A program made the translations under genes and the position numbers. A stretch of 60,585 nucleotides of DNA, filler included, from Sphacelaria rigidula (Eukaryota): NCBI GenBank assembly GCA_964200075.2. It is 9 parts of 9 records of this genome, joined end to end, with 100 filler letters (N's around TTAATTAATTAA, not from the genome) between each part and the next. Parts side by side here need not be neighbours in the genome. Positions count along the whole stretch, not along the records: positions 20,231 to 26,873 come from CAXNAA020018870.1; positions 26,974 to 33,616 come from CAXNAA020018871.1; positions 33,717 to 40,359 come from CAXNAA020018872.1; 6 more parts are not named here. One strand, given 5' to 3'. Each line of letters opens with the position of its first letter. The first letter of the stretch is position 1. This document shows positions 25,501 to 39,010 of this stretch, one piece after another. The notes beneath the pieces were generated by a model, which had not been told where the DNA came from, made no database searches, and saw only the letters and a list, made by a program, of their open reading frames with translations.

Positions 25501-25860
25501 TATGGTCATCTATCGACCACCCTGATCCCTACTTTCCTTACTTTACCCTCTGTGTGGAAAATAATCGGAACTACCGCTGACCCTAGAATCTTCATCGGAG
25601 GTATTTCACTGTTACTAGGGTTAGCCGACCTCGAAATTTTTGCTCCCTATCGTTGCAACATATTTGCTATATTACCCCGCGTTACCAACAATCTCCGCCA
25701 CTGTTTCGATGCACAGCTCCCCCCCCCTGCCCCGGTTGGACACCCATGAAGCAGTGTATAAGCCATGGCTGAAAGTGGCGATACCACAGAATAAAGCAAC
25801 TCATTTTTGGCTGTCATCCAAATGCAAGATAATCAGTAGGCTTCGGGTCGAACAATCTTA
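22530..25860 (-). mobile_element. Degenerate Ty3/Gypsy LTR retrotransposon pol (protease-RT-integrase remnants)
   Basis: RT: AWAAACVTVRKND/DGSLRLCQDYREL...SADLANGFFQLEVEE (~24900-25120). Integrase: RRKRT...PARFLQF...DISDMKQ..NRYLLVVMDRATKF, DAGGEFTS, HGPADHTRDQGVVER..WDEYVDPAVWIH (~22950-23480). RT precedes integrase (Gypsy order); many stops and frameshifts. Purine tract on minus at 22023-22038 may be the PPT. Confidence 0.85.
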
Positions 25861-26094
25861 GCAGGATGCAGTTCACCCTTCATGCGAGCACACCACGGCG
25901 CTTCGCGCTTGGTGGTTTGAGTGCAAGCCTGGTCCGGCGAAAACCCGGCGTGCTCCGTCCCGGCATTGTAGGGATGCGAGGTCAATGGTCTTATGAGTGA
26001 TGACTATGACATGCATGATCATGAGTACACCCTTGACACTTTCTGCGATACACCCGCCCCGCCCCAAGCCATTTCTCCCTTTTACGTTTTTTCT

Positions 26095-26632
26095 TCACCT
26101 CCTATAACACAGCCCGGATACAGACATGGAATAAAAAAGCTAATTCTCCCTTTCCTTCAACCTATCAGAACACAGCCCGGACATGGACATGAAATAAAGA
26201 AGCTAACCCTCCTTTTTCTTTACCCTACCATAACACAGCCCGGATATAGACATGGAATACGGAAGCTAACCCTCCTTTTTCTTTAACCCGCCATAAAATA
26301 ACCCGGACATAGACATATAATAAAGAAGCTGACCCTCCTTTTATTTCACCTACCATAACACAGCCCGGACATAGACATGGAATAAATAAGCTAAGCCTCC
26401 TTTTTATTTAACCGACGATAACACAGCCTGGAGGTAAAACATGGAATGAAGAAGCTGACCCTTCTTTTTCTTCGACCGACGATAACGCAGCCTGGAGGTA
26501 AGACATGAAATGAAGAAGCTGACCCTCCTTTTCTTTAAGCGACGATAACACAGCCCGGGCATAGACGTGGAATAGGGAAGTTCAGCTTTCTTTTTATTGA
26601 ACCGACGATGACACAGCCCAAACATGAACGTG
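26095..26632. repeat. Minisatellite, about 9 diverged copies of a ~61-bp unit
   Basis: Recurrent ACCTA(C)CATAACACAGCCCGGACATAGACATGGAATAAAGAAGCTAACCCTCCTTTTTCTT. Confidence 0.88.
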
Positions 26633-26804
26633 AAATCGCGAAAAATAATAGATGTACCATTCCGTATCAAGCCGGAACAAAACCGAGATCCTCCCCCCCC
26701 AATTTCATAACAAACGGTAAGACAACAATAAATCCAAAACCCAGATATGTGAACAACAGCGTGAAGGTTGACCACCTTACATGCAAATCGAAAGTATTGC
26801 GCCG

Positions 26805-26873
26805 CGCCCCGTTGGTGTGATGGTCCGACTGTCGCCATTAGGGTGAAGAGAACGGGGGTTCGATTCCCGATGC
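26805..26873 (+). mobile_element. tRNA-derived SINE head, family B, cut by contig end
   Basis: CGCCCCGTTGGTGTGATGG (A-box-like) and GGTTCGATTCCC (B box); matches reverse complement of 27204-27277 on another contig. Confidence 0.65.
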
Positions 26874-26973
26874 NNNNNNNNNNNNNNNNNNNNNNNNNNN
26901 NNNNNNNNNNNNNNNNNTTAATTAATTAANNNNNNNNNNNNNNNNNNNNNNNNNNNNNNNNNNNNNNNNNNNN

Positions 26974-27277
26974 GACGGAGCATCGTTCCTACTCCTAATA
27001 GAGCCACCTTCAACATCCCGGCGCTCATTACGTTTCTTCCACACATTACGCAAAAAACTTTTTGGTCTCGCGAGTTGGGTCAGCACTCCTGCACTGCGTC
27101 AACCCTTGAAAAATGAACTCGACGAAATACGTCTTGTGTTTCCATAGGCACGTGCTCACGCTTTCGGCGGTGGAAATCAGATACTTTGAAGAAAAACTCG
27201 ACGCATCAGGAGTCGAGCCCACGTCTCTCCACCCTAATGACGACAATCGGTCCATTTGAATTCACACCACCGGGGCG
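26974..27277 (-). mobile_element. tRNA-derived SINE, family B, 3' end cut by contig end
   Basis: Minus strand CGCCCCGGTGGTGTGA...GGACCGATTGTCGTCATTAGGGTGGAGAGACGTGGGCTCGACTCCTGATGC, then a ~230-bp body ending ...GGAGTAGGAACGATGCTCCGTC. Confidence 0.65.
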
Positions 27278-28999
27278 TTGAGGTACCATTTCCAATCATA
27301 AATCACAATATTATTTACAGTAGGTGGGGAATGAGCGGACTGAGTTACTGCGCGCGTCACAGAACTCAGCTACAGCGCGCTTTGTTAGAAAAATACCAAA
27401 AGCATATTTCTGATGAAAGATACAGAAGAAATGAGTCTTCAGAAGTCTGTTTTTTAAATCCAACCCTATGGCCGCCGGAAGCCTCGGATGGACCCGAAAT
27501 TGACCCGCATAAAAGTGGGCGAAATACAGCGACTGCGGCCGTATTCAAAAAAGCCATATTACGCGGATGAGGGGTTCGGGACTTGGAATTTCTACGGAAG
27601 AGGGTATTGTCGGGGTAAGTGCGTGACACGACAGTACACATGAACCAATATAAAGCTGGGTGGACCGCGCACTTGTGATGTGAAAAGCTCCATATTACAG
27701 GTCCGGCGTCACGGAGGTTTTAAGATAATTATGTAATTTTGGCACGTACGTCCAACATAAAATTTGGCCATCTGTGCACCCATGGGCTCATGTGCGAGTG
27801 GTTGATGACAGCCCTTAGTGCAACTTCGATTGAATGGAAACGATGACGGAGAACGCCGCGCGGTGTATTGTCCTTAATCCTCCAAAGGCGACCTCCAGTG
27901 GTTCACCGCCCACGCTTTACTGCGAAGTACCTTGCCTTCGTGAATGTAAGCAAGCAATTGCCTCTGGCCCGCAGTTGTGGGGTCACCGTTACTTATCATC
28001 TCCTTCGTACCGGCGCATGCACCGCGGCAGTATGTATTTTCCGCGACCGGTTGACTGCTGTATGCAAAATGTTATCTACATCTTACTATGCCAGCAGAAC
28101 TAATTTGTCTGTACTGCACGTTGTTCAAATCTCTCCACTACGGCACATTATTTCGCATATCCTGCGGGAACGTCGGCCGAAGTACTGTACCGAAACGAGG
28201 CCCGGCGTCGAAGGGATAAAAAAAGTCGGGATCACACCTAAAATGAAACTATCATCACACGCGTTTGATGTGTACTAAGACATGAACCGCGCGAGCTCTT
28301 CGTACCATTGAACATGAATATTTTCTTGTGCCTCTCAACAGGGTCATTTGACCTGATCGTACCATGCAACCTGTTTGTTCCACAAGCGACCGCACGTGCA
28401 TTTGCCAAAATGAAACTGTGGGAGATTTAATATTTCACCAACTGGTATCTTCAGTTGTGCACTTCGCCGTCTATCGATGTTACTCATCTCGAGCGGTCAG
28501 TAGTAAGTGCATGCAAGTTGATTTCTAGATGTTACAATCCACCCTGCTCCATCACGCTGAAACTCAAATATTTCAACAAGCAGAGAAGGAAATAGGAGGG
28601 CGCAATGCGAAAAAAACCCGTCATCAGCGGATGCAGTGCCGCGCAGTACGTGGCTAATGGGGTGTGTCGTTTCGGCTATATATATCGTCGACGTATTCTG
28701 TTCTTCCCCAATTTCTTTAGTAGTTTGTCACTAGCGGCTTCCCCCGCGGCCACCCAAACGCCGTCATGACTTTTCTTCACTCCGTCATCCCACCTACCTG
28801 ACCGTGCCGCTTGATGTTGCTTGTGGCGAATAGTCTCTCAATTGTCTGTTTCGACCCCGAATTTGTCAGGTCGTCGGTTAGGCATGCCCGTTACTTTTCA
28901 ACCACCCCTTTGCTCCCCCCTACTTTCAGTCCGAGACTCCGCCCACAATGTTCTTCGGCAAATGTTCGCTGTCCCGGCGTACGGTACGCCAAGCGGATA

Positions 29000-29530
29000 G
29001 TGATCTCCGTCCCGATGTTACCGTTCAGCTGCTTTCGCATCTTGCCCCCTCTACAGTTGTCACCCATGAGAGAACATTTTCCGTGGGCTTTCGGAATTGT
29101 CGGATGCGCCGCAGTAAGAGTCGATGTTTGGTGTGCGGTTTATTGCCGTCAATCTGTTTCGGCGTCCGCGGTAAGGAGTCATAGAGGAGCACTTCGAGCA
29201 CGTCGACGTTCAGCATCGGAACGTTGAGATCCAGTGGCGTGGCTGATGTTCCCCTGTCGTAAAGTACGAGGTCGAGCTCTTGGCACTTCCACCACGCTAG
29301 TCGGGCACGGAGTATGATTTCGGGGGTCATGCCGGCCCCTGCATTGATGGGCGTTCCCAGGTACACGAATTTTGTTCTTCGAACAATGTCTTTGCACCGT
29401 TGCCCTGATATCCATTGCGCTTGCTTGCTGATGCAAAGCAGACACGCATAAGGTTTCCATTTCCGCTCCGACACGATCAGTTGAAATGCTTCGCACTCGG
29501 CAACAGTGGTTCTCGCCTCTGACCTTGACA
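29000..29530 (-). mobile_element. RTE-clade LINE reverse transcriptase C-terminal remnant
   Basis: TKFVYLGTPINAGAGMTPEIILRARLAW...LYDR...LEVLLYD resembles the F.YLG...EI..R...A / LLYG.W region of RTE ORFs; degenerate. Confidence 0.7.
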
Positions 29531-30638
29531 CAACGCCGGCGTCGTCGGTGTGCAGCGCAGCCCACAGCTGCTGGTTAAGTGCCTTTTGTCTCTCCCCAAC
29601 CTCGTCTCTTCAAGGCTCCTCGTCACTTTATACTCCACGTGGACTTGCCCCAGCGCTACTTTCGCTCTTTCGTGTCCCCTACTCTTCCCTCTGCCGTTCG
29701 CCTTGTGGTCCGTGATTGGCACTATGTCACTCAAGACTGTCGTGCTATAGGAAAGCCTGTTTGCCGTGTTGAGGACGACAATCAAAAGATGCCGCACGAC
29801 GACGGGGTCACTACGTATTTGTGTCCGAGCCCCTGTCCCATTTCGAGTCAGTCCGATGACTCCCCGTCATCCATACGGACACATCCCAGCAAAGCTGATC
29901 AAGCGTTCAGGTTTTCGAGTATGTTGTCATGAACCGTTTCGATATTCAGCATTTTTTTCAATTTTTTTCATCTTTGCCGCGGGTTAGAGTCCGAGTTTTG
30001 TACTGGGCATTATGCGCAAAACCCTATCAAATAACCTGATTGGCGGCACTTTCGTATAATTTCGATTCACTTGCGGGATAACCCTCTGATCGCCCAAGTG
30101 CTTTCATCTCTTAAATTGACATCATGCTTCTCTGAAAAGTGAACGTGAACCTCAGATGTCTACTTGCGGGTGAAGGAGCTTACTCAGCTCGTCAAGGGCA
30201 CGCGTTTTGCATTGTTCCCGACGTGTGCGATAACAGACCGGCGAATTGACATACGTAACTGATCACCCCGAAATATTGGCGAACATAGCTCTAAGATTGT
30301 ACCAGGCTACCACCACATACCTAATTTGCCAGCCCTTTCATCGGCACGAAAATGGCGGGCGGTTTCTTGGACAGCCCCGAAGAAACGTTCGGGTTGACGC
30401 ACCCTGGCTAATGTATTCGCGCCTTGTCTGTCGCACTGACAAGTGCACGTATCGATTATTTTCTGCCTCTCTTTTGGACAGGACGCCCTGTCACCGACAT
30501 CCCATGATCACGTACACACACGCGAGTAATGACCCTTCCACGAAGACCCAATCGCGTGTGGGAGGTGTTATCGTCAATTTTGTCCTACGGCTTGATGCAA
30601 AGACAATCGTACACACTCGCGTTTGGGGAATGTAGTAG

Positions 30639-32733
30639 AGAATCTACTACTATGGAGACTTTCTTGGCATGCCTCGTGAAACAAGATGCCTCTGGCAGTG
30701 ATTGGCTGCTGCTGGTATGGCCCACATGAGGGCTGGCATACTGTGAGCTGTGAGCTGCGCGCGGCGTTTTTTGTGATGTACAGCCGATGCGCACCACTGT
30801 GGAGGGGAGGGGTGGGGCGGGATGGTGCGTTCATGTTTTCGACTCTCTTGAGGCCACCGCAGCTTTTGCCTGAGGCGAGATATGGTTTCTATGAATATAA
30901 TTTCCCACTTCGCATTTGTAAACGTTTCCAGCATCGAAATTTCTTTTCCGAAAACGAACGGGTGCTCTTCACTTTTTTCCCGTACCAATCCCTACATACC
31001 ATTTCTAGAAATGTTTGAGCAGGAACACCGCTCTATTTTTCGACGACATGTTCTGTAGCGCACAGATGCCCGTCTTGCTGAAAAAGAGCCAGGAAGGAAT
31101 CCATACTTGCACTGGTATGCCCATGACCAGAAATCCATGGGCAAGAGACAATAAAAAGAAACGCGAAGGAAAAATGAGGAATAATGAAGACGTCATAGAC
31201 TGGTAGGACCTGTGCCAAACCTTTGCCGAAGAGAACACACGCTCCATCCCAAGTTACCTAGGTTTAGTATGCCCCAGCTGTACTTTTTTCGTCGCGTTTT
31301 TCTCTAGACAAGAAACCGGCCTGTCGCACTTCACAGCCCCCCGCACACACACTAAACATAGTGGTGTCAGTGTGGCTGCAGAGTTGCTCAATTCGTCACA
31401 GCTGATCCGGAAAGCCCCAGAGCGTTGAAGGAAACGTGTTTTTTAGTACATCTTGTGTTTGATGCAGCGGTTTGCAGAGTACTGCGGCCTCTGCGGCACG
31501 CGTTACGGAATTCTGCCGCCACAATAACTAGTTCTGGTGTGTGGGAAGCGCACGCATCAAACCACAGTCCAATCCTCTGCTTCATTGCCGAGAAAACTGC
31601 GTTGAAAGATAAGCACAGCAACATACCCAAACAAGAGGGGCACAACAACAACACGAGCAGCAGCTTCTACCCACCTGTGCTTGTAACCCTGTGTACAGGT
31701 GTACAGCAACGTCAGTAACAGGTTTGTTGGAGAATTTCTATAGTAACAGTACGTTTTGTATGAGCGTCATTGTCATTTCGAGTGACGCGTGTACTTATAA
31801 GTGAAGAAAGAAGTAAACAAATAAATAAAGTTAGCCACACCTACTTTGCTTTCAACAAGAACAATCGGAAATCGATCTTGATTTTCCAGCTTTTTAGGCA
31901 GAAGTGCCGAAAACTTAGAGGCAGGTTAAACCTCGCCGCGATGTTGAACCCAATTTGCGAGTAGACCTTTCGAAAGCTGCATGTACATTATGCGCCTTGT
32001 TTTGGCCACCTCAGCAACGAAAATGGGCGAAAATGCGAATGGCCTGTACGTATCACGAGGATACCCGAAATACTCTATCCCATTCTGTTACTCCTCTTCC
32101 TTATACTCTCCCTTCCACCATCACGTCCGTCTCTCGTTATCGTCGAGTTTACTCTGCCTGTTCCACTCTCCTTTGTTCCTTCTCCCTTTCTCGGTGTTTT
32201 TTTAGCGAGTGTTTTCGTTCTGTTCACCTTTGGTAGGTCTTTCCCGTGATACCGGCTGGATCCCAGGAGGATCAGTTCACGTGCGACAGTCAGTCAGTCA
32301 ATCAATCAAATCAAAATAATGGAACTAAACAGTTGTCCTCGACAGATTGTCGCAAGCGCTGGGGCAAATCTTGTTCCGAATCATCGTGTACAATAGTCGA
32401 TCCAGAGACGATCGGCGGCATTCAGCGCATAAAGGGTAAAGTATGGACACAAATGGCGCGTCGCGATTGTAATCAGTGCTGCTGATCGCTGCACAAGGGG
32501 TCACCTTTGGGTCTCGTGGTGAGTCGTCACATTTCGACGCTCTCGACCGTGTGCAAGTGATGTTGACCTCTGGCTGTCTGCGATTGCTGTGCCTCGGTTC
32601 TGCCCAGGACATGCACGATAACCCGGACTACAACTTTGACGACTTACGAAGTCATCCCGCAACGAGTACGAGCAATCTCGCCGAAATTCGGTTGGAGGAT
32701 CTGGTGATACGCACGTTGACCTTCATCAAAGAG
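30639..32733 (+). CDS. Internal exons of an unknown protein (partial gene)
   Basis: Phase-consistent GT-AG chain: ~30639-30714 (ESTTMETFLACLVKQDASGSDWLLL), 31009-31114, 31468-31536, 32498-32733 (FDALDRVQVMLTSGCLRLLCL...IRLEDLVIRTLTFIKE|GTGAGG). No family recognised. Confidence 0.5.
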
Positions 32734-33315
32734 GTGAGGCTATCTACAGCTAGTTAGAAAAAACTGCACTGCACTGCACGGTCTACGAATATTCGTAATA
32801 AGAAGTACTGTAGAGTAAAGAAGACTGGGCGCTTGGAGGACAACATTGAACTGAGCATTGATGCAGCAGGTGCTTTTAGCCTTTTTGCTCGGAGTTTTGC
32901 ATGGGAACGCGTGACGATGAGAGTCCCGTGGATCACCAGGTATCGTGCAAGTTGAGGCGCATGGGCGGGGTGTCTTTGAGGACCTGTGAGACCTCGGAAC
33001 AGTCGAGGACAGAAACAGAGAAACCGCCGCCAATGGGGAAAAAGCGCATTATCATGCTCCCGTAGACACGAACAAGAAATGATCTTTTTGAAGGATACAG
33101 GGTACAGGATGAAAAAAGCACAAAATAGTGATCAATCGGACCGTTGACGGTAGATGGTTGTCAAGTTATACTACAATTCTCGGTATACGCAAAACGAAGC
33201 CTCTTGCGTAGCTTTCGCCGCCCTGCGCTGCCTTCGTACGAAGAAATGGCAAATTTACGGTAGAACATTCATGGCAGTTTGGCAGTCACAGCAGTAGCGT
33301 ACACTGTTGAATGTA

Positions 33316-33545
33316 TAGTACTGGGCGCCTGAACTATTTTTTGTTCAGAAGAGTTTTTTCTGGTGATTTCTCTCCGATAGAACTCGAGAGTGCTAGCGTC
33401 GGTGGATTTTGGTATAATGAGCAGATCGTCTTCCCCCCCAGTGCCCAAGTTAAGGTTAGTTGGTTTTATCGGGTGATACGAGTAGATACCCCTATTGTCA
33501 GGAGGGTGTTATTACCGTGAAGCGCAGTTTTTCGGCTCTGGTACA
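33316..33545. mobile_element. Left part of a Tc1/mariner-type MITE of the 10496-11185 family
   Basis: TAGTACTGGGCGCCTGAACTATTTT..., colinear with 10496-10810 minus the 10627-10708 insertion. Confidence 0.75.
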
Positions 33546-34120
33546 ATGAGTAGGCAGGATTTGACCCTTTTGGAACCGTTGATGGAAAACTGAGGATTTA
33601 CAACTGAGGTTTTTCCNNNNNNNNNNNNNNNNNNNNNNNNNNNNNNNNNNNNNNNNNNNNTTAATTAATTAANNNNNNNNNNNNNNNNNNNNNNNNNNNN
33701 NNNNNNNNNNNNNNNNATTTCGCGGAGATATGAACGATGAAAAAGACATGTATCTTAATTGGCTCTGTATCTTAATTGGTACATTTCCCTCTACTGTTTT
33801 ACATTCAAATATATTTTCTGCGATACGTCTAGGTGTGTGCGCTGTGCGATCATGCACTCGCCTCTGTAACAGCTTCCCCTCGGTCATTGTAGCACGACAG
33901 TACTTCAGAAGTATTGACTTGAGTATGACACATACTTACACCGAACAGTCTGGAGTGTGACACATATGTCGCGTGAAACAACTGGTTCAACTGGTTACAA
34001 AACCGATCAGTTAACCAGTTGTACCAGTTAACTGTAACTGGTCAGTTAAACTGGCAGCCAGTTTACAACTCTACTATTATGAATATATACTGTTATCCTA
34101 TTTATCAATAGCTTAAATCA

Positions 34121-34372
34121 GAGTTATCCTACGATAGGGGGGGGGGTATTTTGGATCATTTGTTGCTCGAAATGTCGAGTCAGGTCGTCGTTAAAAGCAG
34201 CAACGGTTGTTCGAACAAGCTCGTTGTGGATCAATAATGCTTATCCATACTGCCTGACACCGGTTGGAACTAAATACAAGCGCAACACAAGTGTGGAAGG
34301 ATGTCCGACACACTTATGAGCCTCTTTTTTCCTGCAACCAAATACCCCCCCCTCCCTATCATGGGATGACTC
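34121..34372. mobile_element. MITE-like element with G/C-run TIRs
   Basis: GAGTTATCCTACGATAGGGGGGGGGGGTATTT vs AAATACCCCCCCCTCCCTATCATGGGATGACTC (inverted). Confidence 0.5.
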
Positions 34373-34940
34373 ATCAGTACATTCACGTCCGGTATTTTTA
34401 TACTTTATCCAAGTAAAACATTATCACTTTCGGAACATTATCCTACACTAGACGCTCGGACTGAAGAGGAGAAACTGTCACTCTTCTCTATCGTCCCGCA
34501 GAATCAAGGCCGGAAGATGATCCGTGACGAACGGTCAAGTTGTATATCTACCCACAGAATCTGAAAACCCCGTAGTCTAGACACTACCGATACGACGCAC
34601 TGCACCCATGCACAGCAATCCAGTGTTTATGTTAGTGTCACGAACCACCGCCACCTACCCTGGGTACCCATCAGGCATCACGGGGTCCGACGTACGTGCG
34701 CTGCTAGCATGCAGTGGAACGCACTGCGATGTACGCTGGTACAACATAACTCGTTCCCCAACAACGTGACGACAGAGGATAGTGACTGCTGTGGAACGCT
34801 CTGTCATCGTACTGCCGCGTGGTTGCATCCGCCTTGGATTTGAGAATGACTTGTATATTGTGTGCTGAGCGCCGGGCGTTCCCTGTAAAGAAGGTCGCTT
34901 TTCTTTTCAGATTTGATGCACGTTGTACAGCCCCCAGTGA

Positions 34941-35293
34941 CGGTGTTGCACACGCGGCTATTTGGGTACACTCGAAAACCCCTTGACACAAAAATAGCCC
35001 GCTCCCGAGGGGGAAAAGCCTCTGAAAGCATTTAGTCCCTCTGGAGGGTGGATAGTATCCCCCTCCACAGATATTCAACCCCGCTAGAGGAATAGCTCAC
35101 ACGAAGTCACTCTAGAGAGAGGGATATGAAGCCCTTCTAGAGGGGTTATGTGTGCTTTGAAGGATCCAACACAACGTGAGACCCCTGTAGAGGTAACTCT
35201 ATACCTCTAGCGTTGTTTGATCCCTATGGAGGGGTCAATGTGCGCGTGGACGGATTTTTGGGGGTAGCCAAATGGCCGTGTGTGTGAACTTCG
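34941..35293. mobile_element. MITE-like element with repeated CCTCTAGAGG-like palindromes
   Basis: Imperfect TIRs (GCACACGCGGCTATTTGGGTAC / GTAGCCAAATGGCCGTGTGTG); several internal CTCTAGAG variants. Confidence 0.45.
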
Positions 35294-35972
35294 AACGCTA
35301 TCCGGGCTGCATTCGTCTTCACACCGCTGATATACCCTGGGCTGATACCTCTATCTTTAAGTACTTTTAACCCCTTGGCCGCGAAGGTTGGCGATCTCGT
35401 TCTCATGTGCACTGCTCGAGTGAAGATGATGCCGACGCTGCAGATGACCTTGGCGGTCAAATGGGTTGAACACAATGATCGATTGATTTATTGCTTGATT
35501 GTCGCACTTTAGCTGACCCCCCAGGGGTCCAGCCGTGGTCTCATTATAGAAGTACCCAAGGAAAACGAAACTGAAACACGCTTTGAAGAAAAGAAGGATC
35601 ACGGAAAAAAACAATCGCCGAACAGAACGACACAGCAGACCAAGTCGTAACAAAAAAGTAAGAAAAAAGTCAACAAAAGCAAAGCACAGGAAGAAATGGC
35701 CGACTTCAAAACAAAAAAAAAGGGAAAAGAAGAGGGAAGTGAAAAAAAAAACCCGATAAAACGATGGAAAAAAAAAAAAAAGGTACAAGGGAGTCAGGGC
35801 AGCAGGGTAGATACAGATACACACCAGTAGGCACCGCAGAGCCACCGACTAAGGATATAATCAACAACCGATATGAGCAGACAGGATTCTCCGATTGGCA
35901 AGCCTCGAGGCGGCAGCCTCTCGCTTGTGACGGCGGTCTGATTCTCGCTTGCCCGCGCGTCGCCACATGTCT

Positions 35973-37800
35973 TCAAACTCTTCTGCTCCCTTTTCGACTC
36001 CAGTATGCCATTTGCCCATGCTCTTCGCCGCAGTGAACGCGCTCCGCTTTTGAGACTCCGAGACTTTGCGCCCCAGCATCCGTCACGCTCTCCTCAAGCG
36101 CGACTTTCCGAGCGAACTCCTCATCCGCCGGATCAATAAATATCTCCGGGCCACGCTCCACCGAGCGTTCCACCGCCTCATCACGCTCCTTCGACACCTG
36201 CCCCCCCGCCTCCTGGAGAGCATTAACCGACAAGCTCGCTCTGCGACTGGCCAAGAAAGCAGCCGTCTCGACACTCGAACCGGGTGACGGCATTTTCGTT
36301 TTTAGGGACTCCAAAAACCGATCATACGGATCGACTCCGAGTCCCCGAAGCGTCGGTAGGCCCAACAGAACGACACTATCCGTCCCCGGCATGATCGCAA
36401 ACGATATTAGGGGTAATTTTGCTGGCCCCCAAGTAGTAAAAAACGCCAAGTGTAGGGAAATCGTACGCTCCGTCACATGTATACGTTGCCCCGATGCGGT
36501 AATGGCCTGCCGCGCCCCGAGCGAAAACGGGATTCGGATTTGCTCACCGGGGAGTAGACGCTCCAGCATCTCCACAATTAGCACCGACATGCTCGTGAAG
36601 TGGGCGCCTGAATCCAACACCGCTTTGACCAAAATCGCTCCCCGCGCCCGTTGATCGGGCAGATATAACTCGGCAGGGGCATAATTGTCTTAGTCTTCGA
36701 CCGGCACCTGCTCCGCCGACTGATTCTTCGTAATCCCCACTTGGCGCCACGGCTGCACGCGTGGCACAGGCAGGGACGAAGCTCCGCCCGCAGAACCAAA
36801 TTGCAGCGGTGCCCCGGCCGGCGCAGCAGCGGATTCAAATTTCAGCAGAAGACCGGCCGGCTCCGCAGCCGGCGTCTCGCCTTGCTCTGCTGCCGGCGGC
36901 GCCGGCACCGAGCCCGACACTAGAGAGGTCGGTCCCACCTGCACCGCCCGTTGCGGAGCAGCAACCCCTGCGGCTGAACCGAAGCCAGAACCGGACCCCT
37001 GCTGACGCCGCTGCCCCTGCTGCTGCTGGGAACTTGACTATGCACCTTCACCGCTGGAGGATCCGCCGCTGCCGCCACCACGACTAACTGGTCTTTTCCC
37101 TTTTTGAGGGCGCGCGGCACTCGTCTGCCCAGACTCCCCTTCAGAAGACGTTGGGCACTCCCGTGCGATGCGACCGACCTGGGCACACTGAAAACAAGTA
37201 AAATTGGAGGCGGGACTGCCTGCGGGTTTGATCCGCGGTTACGCGAGCTCGAGGACTGCGGCGACGAAGTGGATGACTTTCCGAATACTTCGACGCGCCG
37301 CCATACCTGAGCCTCAGCCACCACGGTATCCATGACTAAGTACGGGTCCAACTTCGAACTTGTTTCATGCTGTATCTGTACAGGCACGGCCTGCTTAAAT
37401 TCCGCCGGTGCCAGACCCTCCACCATCGCCTTGGTGGCCACCGCAGCGGGCCCTGGGCGAAATTTCCCATCGGACGAATGATAAATCATCTCTACGTTGA
37501 GATTATCCGCAAAATATATTTCCAACTTACCCATTATGGGCTCCACGCTCTCACGCATGGTCCTCCCCTTGTTGTTCATTGCGACAGTCTTTGCCACTGC
37601 CGACGACGCCTAAGTAAGCTCTACCTCCGCGCCTGCCGCATGGCCTGCGTGCTTCTACATCGCTGCGACCAACTGTAGCGGTGTTATGATATGCTTTTCA
37701 TGGAATCGTCTCGCGAAGACAGATTGCAAGGGTGTTGGTACTAATTGCGCCATCGAAACCACCTGATGCCTCACCGCACCCCCTCCATTAGCATGCTCCA
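35973..37800 (-). mobile_element. Degenerate Ty3/Gypsy gag-protease region
   Basis: ORF 35973-36632 has the retroviral-type aspartic protease motif VKAVLDSGA and VVLLGLPTLRGLGVD; gag-like ORF 36920-37597 upstream; frameshifted and truncated before RT. Confidence 0.75.
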
Positions 37801-38549
37801 CCCTCCTTTTGTATTCCATGTATCTCGTGTAAAACGATCGAGAGACACCCTCAGAATATTAACTCCCGTAACTGGGCGGCCGTAACTCTTCCCTTAGAAC
37901 GACTGGGGCTACAGTCGTTTCTGCTGGCTCTATTGTCGGTGCCTACATAGTCGGCATTCTTGAGCCTAATATCGAAGATTTCTCAAACCTTCTGGAACTT
38001 TAGTTCACACCTGCTTGCTTCGTCGCTCCAACACAGCCCTGGGGTCGTATAAACACCCGCTGAGCGTAGCTCCAGCAAGTCTCTAGTCTGGATCAATCAC
38101 GGGCCTGCCGTCTTTTCAGCTACCTCAGCTTGAAGCCTCCTTACGCGTCCGTGAAGCTCTGTGCCCGAAGCTAATCAGTACTAGTTGTCCAGACTCTAAC
38201 TGCTAAATTTTCAGCAGTCTCAAACGATAGCATCTATTAGCACGCCAGTACTAGCACTAATATCGATATTGTGACGCTAGCAGGTTTGCTAGTACTGCAG
38301 CATCTAAATGCTGTTGAGGAACTCCCCAGCTCCACTGGCCTCAAGGTCTCAGTTGTCAGCCTTTACAACACCTTATCATTATTTCGGAGTAAACATCTAT
38401 AGCCTACGATCAAGCCTGGGCTGCACAGCGAGGGCCATCATCCACAGGATGCCCTTGTCCCCTGGTCATCATCCAGGATCCACTTTATACTCAACTGTGA
38501 CGGCGTGATTTCGCCACAGACCCAATCGTACGCATTGTTAACCTCTACA

Positions 38550-39010
38550 CCGTAGACGAACCACTTTCGTCAGGCTCCTTCGTGCGGGAGTCCCTAGTGC
38601 ACGTAGGATCTCCTTTAGGGTATCCTCCAATTGCTTGGGTGGACGATCGGCCTCCTTGGGTCCTGGTCTAGAAAGCCGACCGTTCATGACACGCTTGGGA
38701 AGGCGTGTTTCCTTCTGCCAGACAAGAATTGCCGCAAACCAGAGTTGACGTTTGCGGATGGTCGTCTCGATACGTTCGCAGTTGGTCATCTTGAGCACCG
38801 CTCTGTACGAAAGAGTCTTGCAGCCCATTTCCAACTCGCAGCAAGAGCTTGTGATGGGCAGTGCGCAGACTATCGAAGTCCTCAGAACGTAGGGTCCATG
38901 TGGCACACCCATACAACAGAGCTTCCACCACCTTCACTTGCAAGCAGTCGAACTTTCAAGGATAGCTCGGCGTTGGATCGGTCGTAGAGTTGGGAGCTAT
39001 ATTTTCGAGT
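38550..39010 (-). mobile_element. RTE-clade LINE 3' ORF remnant
   Basis: VVEALLYGCATWTLRSEDFDSLRTAHHKLLLRV and IETTIRKRQLWFAA...RLPKRVMNGRL...RPPKQ, the typical RTE post-RT region, split by frameshifts. Confidence 0.8.

Noticed and set aside
26095..26632. CRISPR-like or coding repeat
   Set aside because: Contiguous degenerate 61-bp units without unique spacers; the unit length is not a stable multiple of 3, and overlapping ORFs break.
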